Shown here piece after piece: positions 1 through 7,484 of a stretch of 29,494 bases of DNA; the stretch's first letter is position 1; each line of letters starts with the position of its first letter. The DNA is from a virus (Duplodnaviria; Caudoviricetes): positions 1 to 29,494 of the IMG/VR virus record IMGVR_UViG_3300005573_000230, one strand, 5' to 3'. Made by a program: the position numbers and the translations under genes. Under the pieces are notes generated by a model. That model was not told the DNA's origin. It searched no databases and saw only the letters and a list, made by a program, of their open reading frames with translations.

Positions 1-1
1 T

Positions 2-172
2 ATGAACAAGCGAAAAGAATATTTTCTTGAAATGGAAGAGCTTCACTTCCGTATGATCCGGCATTTAGTCTTAGCGGAGAGGGCTCTTCACTCGATAAAC
101 GAGACGTTGCGGCTGATTCAAGCTTATCTAGATGAACTTGAATCAAGATACCCCACACCGGTCAAGAAGTAA
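2..172 (+). CDS. Small hypothetical protein (56 aa; may be 5'-truncated by the window edge)
   Basis: Hand-translated MNKRKEYFLEMEELHFRMIRHLVLAERALHSINETLRLIQAYLDELESRYPTPVKK*; followed directly by a terminator. Confidence 0.65.
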   Translation: MNKRKEYFLEMEELHFRMIRHLVLAERALHSINETLRLIQAYLDELESRYPTPVKK

Positions 173-184
173 AAGAACCTTCTG

Positions 185-214
185 AAGCCCTAGCCTAGCA
201 AGCTAGGGCTTTTT
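185..214 (+). terminator. Rho-independent terminator
   Basis: Perfect 10-bp stem AAGCCCTAGC / GCTAGGGCTT with a 7-nt loop, running into a T tract; 12 nt after a stop codon. Confidence 0.85.
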
Positions 215-247
215 CGTCTCAGCCGCATGGTGAGAAGTTTAAAGAAA

Positions 248-263
248 TGCTAAAATCTCCGTA
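248..263 (+). promoter_or_regulatory. Extended -10 promoter, predicted leaderless start at ATG 263
   Basis: TG-C-TAAAAT (248-256), then 6 nt, then ATG; no Shine-Dalgarno upstream; same geometry as the promoter at 1619-1654. Confidence 0.6.
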
Positions 264-1600
264 TGGATAAAACGGAAAGAGTATCTAGAGAAGATTTGAG
301 TCTTCCGAAGCCAGTCATAGTCCCGTCTAAGGAAACATGGAGACTAAACGAGTCGACAATCCAGAGGCTTTTGCCAGTCTGGATTCGAAATATGCGCAGG
401 AATTTGCCGATTCTTGAAGCCGTCTTGGCATCTCGCCCAGACCCAGGCATTCTCTCCTGGCTTGATAACCGGAAAGAGTCCCGAAGCATGATTGCTCTAG
501 TCGCTTCCGGTTCAAGTCTAGCCCAGACCGCTCAAGATCTAGCCCACTTCCCCGGTTTAGTCATCGCCGGTTTGACGAATGCTGGCTTTTTACTCAAAGC
601 CGGTGTTAAGATCTCGGCAGTTCTCGCCATGGATACCAGTCCTGTTCTTGGCCGAATAGCTCAAGGCTTCAAGGAAGCCTTCCAAGCCCAGTCCGTAGAC
701 CTCCTAGCCGCTCCTTTCGTAGATAAGGCCGTTCTCGAAGCTTTCTCACCGGAAAGAGTCTTTTTCACGCAAGCATATCTCGACGTTTCGGATTATCGCT
801 CTTGCCCTAAGTGCGGCTTAGAATATGCCGAGACATACCCCCAACCAGAAAGCTATAGCCTGAATAACTTCTTCCGGCTTCTCTGGCCAGAAATAACGGC
901 TTATGTTCTACAAGCCGGCTCCGTAGGCTCTACGGCCGTACAGTTAATCAACCGCCTGCAAGTCGGCGGAGATAGCTACCTAGGCCGACCGCTAGACCCA
1001 CTCCTGCCCTCAAGCTGGCAGGAAAGAGTCGGTTTAGTTCCCCCGGACTGCCCCGTTTATCTCTACGGCTACGATATGGCCTTCTTGCCAGACTCGGCTG
1101 GCCAAATCCGATTCCGTTGCCCCCGCTGGCTAGATCCCCAGACCGAAGACCTTGGCCTAACAGTCTCTAGCACTCTTGTTGAACACATAAGCCTAGACGG
1201 CAAGAAGATCACCTTAACCGAGAAGAATCAGCTTATCTATAAGCGGGCTCTTCTAGCCTGGCTAGTTCTTAGCTGGACAACTCCCGGCTTAGAAGGCCTC
1301 CGGCTCTTCCGAATCGGCAAGCAAGGAATTCTCGAAGAGCTCCCAAGCCTGTCTAGTTGGAAAGAGCCCAGAAGCCAGCCTTGGTCAAAAGCCTATGCCC
1401 TCAGTCTCTACAAGACCTATCTCCGAGATCAACAGCAGACCGGAATCCCCCAAGACTATAGACTAGTCCCTCTCGAAAAGCTCCAAGGATTCTATGGTAT
1501 CCAAGATGAAGCCCTCTTAGCTCATCAAGCCGAAATGCTCCGCCTGGAAGCCGTTCAAGACCTAGCACAGAAGTCACAAAAATCCATCCAAAACCCCTAA
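263..1600 (+). CDS. Maf/DUF115 (MAF_flag10, MptE-like) family putative glycosyltransferase with a CxxC insertion
   Basis: ALVASGSSL (cf. IVGAGPSL), LLKAGVKISAVLAMD (cf. LLKxGIxPDxVVxxD), AGSVGSTAVQL (cf. GGSVAxxAxxL) and VYLYGYDMAF (cf. IILVGQDLAY) occur in the expected order; CPKCG insert. Confidence 0.7.
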   Translation: MDKTERVSREDLSLPKPVIVPSKETWRLNESTIQRLLPVWIRNMRRNLPILEAVLASRPDPGILSWLDNRKESRSMIALVASGSSLAQTAQDLAHFPGLVIAGLTNAGFLLKAGVKISAVLAMDTSPVLGRIAQGFKEAFQAQSVDLLAAPFVDKAVLEAFSPERVFFTQAYLDVSDYRSCPKCGLEYAETYPQPESYSLNNFFRLLWPEITAYVLQAGSVGSTAVQLINRLQVGGDSYLGRPLDPLLPSSWQERVGLVPPDCPVYLYGYDMAFLPDSAGQIRFRCPRWLDPQTEDLGLTVSSTLVEHISLDGKKITLTEKNQLIYKRALLAWLVLSWTTPGLEGLRLFRIGKQGILEELPSLSSWKEPRSQPWSKAYALSLYKTYLRDQQQTGIPQDYRLVPLEKLQGFYGIQDEALLAHQAEMLRLEAVQDLAQKSQKSIQNP

Positions 1601-1618
1601 AAATCATGCTTTACAGTA

Positions 1619-1654
1619 TTGACAAATTATGAAAACTATGTTATGCTATGGCTA
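1619..1654 (+). promoter_or_regulatory. Sigma70-type promoter for the early operon
   Basis: TTGACA (1619-1624), 17-nt spacer, TATGCT (1642-1647) preceded by TG (extended -10); expected +1 falls on ATG 1654. Confidence 0.85.
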
Positions 1655-1956
1655 TGAGAAAGAAAAAATCCCGCAAAGACCCTAGTAAGAATGGCTTCTA
1701 CAAGAAAACTGCTATCGGCGATTTGCTCTTGCGATTTCTCATCAAGAACAAGCTGACAAACAAGGACTTCGCCGAGTTCTTAGGTGTCGATGAGAGCTAT
1801 ATCTCGCTCATCACTCGGGGTCGCCGGATTCCTCAAAAGATCTCTTTTTTGAGAAGACTCTCGCAGGCAACGGGAATTCACCTAGACATTCTCCAGGAAG
1901 CAGTTCTAAGCGATATCCGGAACTTGAAAGAAGCTAGCCTCTCTAAGGAGTCTTGA
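1654..1956 (+). CDS. XRE/Cro-cI family helix-turn-helix regulator
   Basis: LTNKDFAEFLGVDESYISLITRGRRIP is a typical HTH_3 motif. Start moved from 1648 to 1654 because ATG 1648 abuts the -10 box. Confidence 0.85.
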   Translation: MRKKKSRKDPSKNGFYKKTAIGDLLLRFLIKNKLTNKDFAEFLGVDESYISLITRGRRIPQKISFLRRLSQATGIHLDILQEAVLSDIRNLKEASLSKES

Positions 1957-1957
1957 C

Positions 1958-2926
1958 ATGAAAGGCCCTAGCCCCGTCGGCTGGCACTTCTTAAGCACGT
2001 TTCAACTCTGCAAATGGAAGTTCTATCTCTCACATGTAGAATCTATCGAACCGAAGACACTACCTAGAGCCCTTCTCTTCGGCTCTGCCTGCCATGAAGG
2101 CCTGGCCGAAGGTTTTCGGAAGCTCTCCTCTTGCAAGACCGTCTCGGCTTGGAGTGATGTCCTAGTCAAGGCCGCTAAGAAAGCCCTCGAAGCTTCTCAA
2201 GATCGTTACCAGTCCTACGAAGACTACGCTCAAGACTCTGCGAGAATCTCTCCACTTCTGGCCGCCTATGCCGAGAAGTGGTTCAAAGTCGACAAACCCA
2301 AGACCGTTCTCGAAGTCGAGACTGAGCACAAGATCAAGCTCTCCAGCTCCGGGCATTTTTACACAGTCCGCCTAGATGCCGTCTTGAAGCGGCCCGACGG
2401 AGTTTTAGAAATCCTCGAACACAAGACAAGTTCTTATTCGAGCCTAGCCACACAGTATTCTGTTTTCACTGGCGGTCAAGGCTTTGCGTATCTCTATGCC
2501 GCCAAGAAGCTCTGGCCAGGCAAGAAGATTGTTCTAGTCCCAGACGTTCTCTTTATGACCAAAGCCGGCTCAGCTCGGTCGATTCTACTCGAACGTGGCC
2601 GAGATATTGAGCACTCTGACTCTAGTCTCCAAGACTGGGCTGAGGAAGCCCTCTCCACGATCTTAGACATCTCGGAAAGAGCCCAGGCTCTGGAGTCCGG
2701 CCAGGCTAAACCCTGGGAAGCCTTCCCTCGAAGTCGAGAGCCCGGAGTCTGTCTAGCCTATAATCATCCTTGTGAGTTCTTCGATATTTGCCTATTCCGG
2801 GCATTCAGCTCTATCAACCAGCTGGGCTTCCGTCGGAAGCCAAGAGACCAAAACAAGACTAAGACCCAGACCCAGACATCTAAAAAGGAGTCTAGCCATG
2901 AAAGAAAAAGAAAAAGAAAAGCCTAG
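1958..2926 (+). CDS. PD-(D/E)xK exonuclease, Cas4/RecB/AddB-like, probable 4Fe-4S
   Basis: STFQLCKWKFYL, FGSACHEGL, E..., RLDAV...ILEHKT, and C-terminal CLAYNHPCEFFDIC (1+3 Cys arrangement); adjacent to an annealing protein. Confidence 0.85.
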   Translation: MKGPSPVGWHFLSTFQLCKWKFYLSHVESIEPKTLPRALLFGSACHEGLAEGFRKLSSCKTVSAWSDVLVKAAKKALEASQDRYQSYEDYAQDSARISPLLAAYAEKWFKVDKPKTVLEVETEHKIKLSSSGHFYTVRLDAVLKRPDGVLEILEHKTSSYSSLATQYSVFTGGQGFAYLYAAKKLWPGKKIVLVPDVLFMTKAGSARSILLERGRDIEHSDSSLQDWAEEALSTILDISERAQALESGQAKPWEAFPRSREPGVCLAYNHPCEFFDICLFRAFSSINQLGFRRKPRDQNKTKTQTQTSKKESSHERKRKRKA

Positions 2927-3566
2927 CTTGCCTGTTGAGGCAAATCCATCTCAACCGGCTATCTCGCAACCGGCAGACATCGACTCTATCAAGGCCGCCT
3001 TAATCGAGCATGGCGACTATAGCAAGCTCGACAAAGATCAGAAGCAAGCTCTTTTAGTCTATCTCTGCAATCAAAACGGCCTGGATCCTTCCACTCGACC
3101 ATTCGGTTTTCTAAATCTCCTTGACAAGAAAACTGGCAAAGCTCGAGTGGTTCTCTATGCCTACAAGTCTGCCGCCGATGGAATCGCTAAGAGCCAAAAA
3201 CTTGCCGATGAGTCTATGGAGATCATAGACCTCCCCGGCGGAGGAGCGATCTACAAAGTCTCCGTAGTCGACCAAGACTGGATCGAGTCTGGCGGAAAAA
3301 AAGGCCGCCGGAGGTTCGGAATAGGTGTCGTTCCGCCCGGCTTACAAGGCCTAGAACTCGCAAATGCCCACAAGAAGGCCGAGACGCAAGCCCATAGGCG
3401 AGCTATCCTCTCTATGTCCTGCCCCGGAGTCCTCGACGAGAGCGAGATCCAGGACATCCCCGATGCAGTGCCTGAGTCAGAGGAAGCCCGCATTGAGAAA
3501 GCCAAACCCGCCGAGGCCAAGGCTACGAAGCTCTCCAGTCCTGGCCGATTCAGCAAAGGAGCCTAG
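2898..3566 (+). CDS. Single-strand annealing protein (RecT/Red-beta-like superfamily)
   Basis: LCNQNGLDPSTRPFGFL...VLYA and LANAHKKAETQAHRRAILS motifs; exonuclease-SSAP synteny; start set at AAGGAG-N7-ATG 2898. Confidence 0.7.
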   Translation: MKEKEKEKPSLPVEANPSQPAISQPADIDSIKAALIEHGDYSKLDKDQKQALLVYLCNQNGLDPSTRPFGFLNLLDKKTGKARVVLYAYKSAADGIAKSQKLADESMEIIDLPGGGAIYKVSVVDQDWIESGGKKGRRRFGIGVVPPGLQGLELANAHKKAETQAHRRAILSMSCPGVLDESEIQDIPDAVPESEEARIEKAKPAEAKATKLSSPGRFSKGA

Positions 3567-3567
3567 C

Positions 3568-3789
3568 ATGAAGAAGAAAGAAGTATCCGCAGATTTCGAA
3601 GACGAGAAGTTCTTAGACACAGTCTTCTTAGATATTCCTTGCCGAGTTTACTACGTATGGAATCCTGAGACCGAAGAGCTTGAGGTCTTAGATGTTATTC
3701 TTCGATCCCGAGCAAGCTTGATGAGTCTTCTTGAAGTCTACGAGGACTTCTACCGAGATCTCGTCGAGCACATAAGGAGCCAACTATGA
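3568..3789 (+). CDS. Hypothetical acidic protein (73 aa)
   Basis: AAAGGAG RBS and ATG 3568 right after the SSAP stop; ATGA overlap with the next gene. Confidence 0.7.
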   Translation: MKKKEVSADFEDEKFLDTVFLDIPCRVYYVWNPETEELEVLDVILRSRASLMSLLEVYEDFYRDLVEHIRSQL

Positions 3790-4130
3790 AGATCGCTTTA
3801 AAAGCCTCCCGGCCCTGGCTTAGCCGGAAGTCTCAACGACCAAGAGTTCCTGTGCACGAATTTCCCCCTATCGTCCAAGTTACCAAGACCTGCGTTCGAG
3901 ACTTTGCAACCTACGACAAGCAAGCCCGAGAGCTCATAAGACTCCTAAGCCAGGCATACCCTAACACAATCCCTCGCACAGAAATCATGCGCCGTCTAGG
4001 TATCGGCTATCGGCAGCTCTATACGATCCTAGACGAGTTGACCTATCGATTTCCGATCTATGAGGAAGAATCCCCTTCTGGCCGTTGCCAGAGCTATCGA
4101 ATAGGGATTCTCAAAGCCCAAGAGATTTAA
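3786..4130 (+). CDS. Winged-HTH DNA-binding protein
   Basis: ELIRLLSQAYPNTIPRTEIMRRLGIGYRQLYTILDELTYRFPI; AAGGAG RBS. Confidence 0.65.
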   Translation: MKIALKASRPWLSRKSQRPRVPVHEFPPIVQVTKTCVRDFATYDKQARELIRLLSQAYPNTIPRTEIMRRLGIGYRQLYTILDELTYRFPIYEEESPSGRCQSYRIGILKAQEI

Positions 4131-4144
4131 CCAGGAGGTCTAGG

Positions 4145-4399
4145 ATGCCTACAGGAAAAAGACTCCACTATAAGCGCAAGCCTAAAGGAGACTTAGCCCT
4201 ACAAGCCCAGATTATCGAGCTCTTGAGATCTCGGCAGGAGATCTCGATTCCAGAGCTCTCTCGGGAGCTTCACCGTTCAAGTCAGACAGTCAAGATGAGC
4301 TTAGTCGATCTAAGCTATCGATTCCCCGAGATTGCCCAAGACGACGGCAACAAGCTCATCTGGATTCCCCGGCAGTCTTGGACCTGGATAGATCAATAA
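4145..4399 (+). CDS. Winged-HTH DNA-binding protein, paralogue of 3786-4130
   Basis: QIIELLRSRQEISIPELSRELHRSSQTVKMSLVDLSYRFPEI; AGGAGG RBS before ATG 4145. Confidence 0.7.
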   Translation: MPTGKRLHYKRKPKGDLALQAQIIELLRSRQEISIPELSRELHRSSQTVKMSLVDLSYRFPEIAQDDGNKLIWIPRQSWTWIDQ

Positions 4400-4465
4400 G
4401 CAAGCAAGCAAAGCTAGTTAATATAGTGATCTTTGCAAGAACCTAATTCTTAGGAGGATTAACCT

Positions 4466-5041
4466 ATGAAAGTCGGAAAATCCCTTGAGCTTATTCGAGA
4501 ACATGGCCTCAAGATTGACCTGTTTCCCTCAGGGAAAGCCGGTGTAGAGGCCAAAGTCTTCTTGAATCCAATAACCGAGACTGCCTGGGTCTTAGTCTAT
4601 GGAACAGACTCAGCCTTTGACTGGATTTTGCATTTCTTGCCTGGATGGGGAGACTGGATCGAGATTTCCTATGCCGTAGCCCTAGGGTATCGAATCCGAA
4701 AGTTGATCGAAGAAGCCGGGATAAAGAGGCTTTATCTGTATGGCCATAGCTGGGGAGGAGCGATTGCGGCTATTGTCCATGAAGAGCTCCTGGAAGCCTG
4801 CCCCGATCTAGAAATCTCCACAACTGGCTTAGGCTATAAGAAACCCATTGCCGGAATGCTCAACCTGTCCTACCGAAACCGGGGAGATATTGTCCCTCTA
4901 CTCACACCGTGGCGCAGAGGCCGGCTCTACGGCAAGAGACTCTTCGGCCGATGGAAGCCCTTCTGGATAGCCCACCGGCTCTCCGAATATATCCAGAATC
5001 TTAAAGACGTCGATGAAGTCGATCTAACTGAGGAGGCTTAA
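4466..5041 (+). CDS. Class-3 lipase-like alpha/beta hydrolase
   Basis: YGTDSAFDW oxyanion/lid segment, GHSWGG nucleophile elbow, NRGDIVPLL (Asp), AHRLSEY (His); AGGAGG RBS. Confidence 0.85.
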   Translation: MKVGKSLELIREHGLKIDLFPSGKAGVEAKVFLNPITETAWVLVYGTDSAFDWILHFLPGWGDWIEISYAVALGYRIRKLIEEAGIKRLYLYGHSWGGAIAAIVHEELLEACPDLEISTTGLGYKKPIAGMLNLSYRNRGDIVPLLTPWRRGRLYGKRLFGRWKPFWIAHRLSEYIQNLKDVDEVDLTEEA

Positions 5042-5042
5042 G

Positions 5043-5282
5043 ATGCAGAAAGAAGTCTATCAAGAGATCCCTCGCCGAGACCGGTATGTCTTCCGGCTTG
5101 TGCAGGAGATCGAGAGATTCAACAACATTCCGAATGATCTCTCCGTAGAGATCCGATGCTCTCTGGAGAGCTGGCCTGTAGTCCTGCAGACTTTCCTGGA
5201 AGGCCTTCGAGTTATAGGCTACGTGATTAAGAAAGAAGACCTTGAAGCAGAATTCAAGCAGATCCTAGAAGAATGGTCTTAA
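5043..5282 (+). CDS. Hypothetical protein
   Basis: GAGGAGG RBS, tight packing with neighbours. Confidence 0.7.
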   Translation: MQKEVYQEIPRRDRYVFRLVQEIERFNNIPNDLSVEIRCSLESWPVVLQTFLEGLRVIGYVIKKEDLEAEFKQILEEWS

Positions 5283-5302
5283 GAGAAAGGAGACTCCTAG
5301 CT

Positions 5303-5569
5303 ATGAAACGGATAGACTATTTGCGGGAGCTTTTAAGCTTGCCTCGCTTTGTGAGCCCTCAAGCCAGCCGGCGTTTTGAGCAGGCTCTTCTAGAGCACTG
5401 CCGCCCCTTTGCGGCCGATCTGCCCTGCTCTTCTCGAAGTCGTCTAGTTGTCTATAGTGGCTCTGAGAGAATAATCATCAAGTTCTTAGACAGTCTCGGC
5501 TTTGAGATCGACTCCGAAGATCCTCAAGCCCAAGCCCGGATCAAGGCTTGGCTTGAAGAAGAGATATAA
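5303..5569 (+). CDS. Hypothetical protein
   Basis: AAAGGAG upstream of ATG 5303 (preferred over 5273). Confidence 0.65.
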   Translation: MKRIDYLRELLSLPRFVSPQASRRFEQALLEHCRPFAADLPCSSRSRLVVYSGSERIIIKFLDSLGFEIDSEDPQAQARIKAWLEEEI

Positions 5570-5582
5570 TGAGGAGATTAGA

Positions 5583-5966
5583 ATGAATAATCCAGAGAAG
5601 AATTTCTATCAGCCCTTTTTGTCAAAAGAACCCCCAGCGCTCATTAGAGTTAAAGCTCAGCACAATGATGTATATGTATTGGTCTCTATGCGCCCGTTTC
5701 ACGTCTATACCAGTGTACAGCAGATCAATATTCCGCTTGTCGAGACAAGAGTAATTTTCGAGCAATGCATAGATGATATCGAGACGTTTTCTTCGGTCAT
5801 AACTTTCTATGACCACCCTGAGAATATATATCTCGATAAGCTTATAGAAGATATTAAGCCTGGAGAAAGCCTAACTATCCATATAGGCTCAGGAAAAATT
5901 GAGCCTATAGAGTTCAGATTCCATAGCCTATCTGAAGTTGTTATCAAATATGTGGAGGATGCTTAA
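5583..5966 (+). CDS. Hypothetical protein, AT-rich
   Basis: GAGGAG RBS before ATG 5583; visibly more AT-rich than its neighbours. Confidence 0.65.
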   Translation: MNNPEKNFYQPFLSKEPPALIRVKAQHNDVYVLVSMRPFHVYTSVQQINIPLVETRVIFEQCIDDIETFSSVITFYDHPENIYLDKLIEDIKPGESLTIHIGSGKIEPIEFRFHSLSEVVIKYVEDA

Positions 5967-5981
5967 AGAGCCCTTAAACAA

Positions 5982-5998
5982 AAGCCTTGTCAAGGCTT
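5982..5998. promoter_or_regulatory. 17-bp perfect inverted repeat, putative operator
   Basis: AAGCCTTG-T-CAAGGCTT in the intergenic gap; no long T tail. Confidence 0.45.
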
Positions 5999-6026
5999 CA
6001 AGAATAAGACCTAATAGGAGAATTCT

Positions 6027-6689
6027 ATGTCTATAATAAAATCTATCCAAGCTTCTAAAACCTCGACCCAGTCTAACTCGCAAGCTTCTTGGCCGATTCC
6101 CCAGATCGACGAGAAGTCTATCCAGTCGGCTCTTTCCCAAGGCCAGCTCGTCAAGATCAAGACCAAAGAAGACCTGCAGCGAGCCGGTGAGATCCGTAAG
6201 AAACTCAAAGACCTCGCCAAAGAGATCGATCAAGCCTTCAAGCCGATCATAGACCATGCGAAGAAGATGAAGGCTTTCTATCTCAAGCCTGTGGAGGAGG
6301 CCTTAGAAAGGCTCGACTCGGCTATCCAAGACTACCTCGAACGGGCCCGCTTAGAGGCCGAGAAGAAAGCCCAAGCCGAGAAAGCTAAGCTTCTGGCCAA
6401 AGCGGAGAAGCTTGAATCCAAAGGCCAAGAGCTCTCTGCAGAAGGCCTAGTAGCCCTTGCGGAGACCGTCCAGCCCAAGACCTTTTTGGCCGACAAAGCC
6501 AAAACCGAAGACTTGACCTTCCGAGAAGAGATTTCTTACGAGATCTTTGATGAGACTCTACTACCGGATGAATTCATCCTTCGCCAGCCGAATCGAGCCA
6601 AGATCTCTGCAGTCGTCCGAGAAAAGGGCCTTGCCACGGAGATCCCCGGCGTGCGAGTCTTTACCAGGCTTGTCCCCGTGAGCCGCTGA
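6027..6689 (+). CDS. Coiled-coil phage protein with Gp157-like C-terminus
   Basis: Long K/E/A coiled coil, then YEIFDETLLPDEFILRQPNRAKISAVV...EIPGVRV, a pattern common in phage recombination modules. Confidence 0.55.
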   Translation: MSIIKSIQASKTSTQSNSQASWPIPQIDEKSIQSALSQGQLVKIKTKEDLQRAGEIRKKLKDLAKEIDQAFKPIIDHAKKMKAFYLKPVEEALERLDSAIQDYLERARLEAEKKAQAEKAKLLAKAEKLESKGQELSAEGLVALAETVQPKTFLADKAKTEDLTFREEISYEIFDETLLPDEFILRQPNRAKISAVVREKGLATEIPGVRVFTRLVPVSR

Positions 6690-6693
6690 GAAA

Positions 6694-6844
6694 GCGAAGG
6701 AGGAAAACCTCGCCGGCTTTCGAAGGCCTAGCCAGCCATTCAAGACAAAAAGCTCTGTTAGAGCTAATCAACTAAAAACGGGCTAAAGAAAGGTCTAGCT
6801 CAAGCAGACCTAGACAGGGAGATCTTGTTCTCCCACTTTAGCCT
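6694..6844 (+). promoter_or_regulatory. Structured non-coding region / 5' leader of the ssb-like gene
   Basis: GGCTAAAG (6781-6788) pairs with CTTTAGCC (6836-6843), enclosing hairpins AGGTCT..AGACCT and GGGAGA..TCTCCC; three further small hairpins lie upstream. Confidence 0.5.
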
Positions 6845-6862
6845 CTTTCAAAGGAGAGCCTT

Positions 6863-7399
6863 ATGGCTCAAGGAAAACCAAAACTGAAAAGCCCTCAGTC
6901 TATCGGTCTTGCGGATGCCCAAGTCATGGCATTCTATGAACCAGACCCCGGCCGCTATCTAGTCGAATTCACAGCACCTCCAGTCTATCAGCCGGCCGAT
7001 GAAGAAGCCGAGACAAGCGAGCGGTTTACGTTTAAGCTCCGGATCTTGGAAGCCGAGCTGGAAGACGAGTCTGCCGAAGATCCTACGGGCCGAACATGGA
7101 CGTATTCGATCTTCATTCCAGCTCCCGGTGACGAAGACGACGAAGACAACTCTTCTAGCCGCTGGCGCCGGATGGCCTTAAGCCAAGTCAAGAGCATCTT
7201 TGAAGCCGCCGGAGTCAAAGTCTCGAAGGACAAATCTGGCTATGACATCTGGGATCCGGATGAATTCGTCGGTAAGCACAGCCGGCTTGTCTGCAAATAT
7301 GTCATAGACCGAGAGTCTGGAGAGATCCGCAAAAATAGCCGTGGCCGGCCGCTGAAGAACTACTACTTCTACAAAGCTCCTCAAGAAGATGCGGAGTAG
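6863..7399 (+). CDS. Putative single-stranded DNA-binding protein (DUF669-like OB fold)
   Basis: PGRYLVE...FTFKLRILE...GRTW...LSQVKSIFEAAGV...DPDEFVGK pattern; acidic, with acidic C-terminus; lies in the replication module. Confidence 0.6.
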   Translation: MAQGKPKLKSPQSIGLADAQVMAFYEPDPGRYLVEFTAPPVYQPADEEAETSERFTFKLRILEAELEDESAEDPTGRTWTYSIFIPAPGDEDDEDNSSSRWRRMALSQVKSIFEAAGVKVSKDKSGYDIWDPDEFVGKHSRLVCKYVIDRESGEIRKNSRGRPLKNYYFYKAPQEDAE

Positions 7400-7433
7400 A
7401 AGCAGCCCAGAAGCGAAGAATTCTAGTATCCTG

Positions 7434-7468
7434 CCTAGACGAGAGCCCCCCAGCCTCGTCTAGGTTTT
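7434..7468 (+). terminator. Probable intrinsic terminator or attenuator after ssb
   Basis: 10-bp stem CCTAGACGAG / CTCGTCTAGG with an 11-nt loop, then TTTT. Confidence 0.7.
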
Positions 7469-7484
7469 CCAAGGAGTCCTAGTC

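Noticed and set aside
2772-2897. N-terminal extensions in the ORF track (also 3364, 4085, 5273, 5502, 11352, 29167)
   Set aside because: They overlap upstream genes and lack an RBS; downstream ATGs have clear SD sequences.
1958-2926. CRISPR-Cas locus suggested by the Cas4-like protein
   Set aside because: No repeat-spacer array or other cas genes seen; the SSAP neighbour indicates phage recombination.
4397-4430. AAGC tandem repeat and TATAGT as a lipase promoter
   Set aside because: The repeat is very short and there is no credible -35 or extended -10; could be chance.
6690-6862. tRNA gene in the structured gap
   Set aside because: No cloverleaf, T-loop consensus or acceptor stem.
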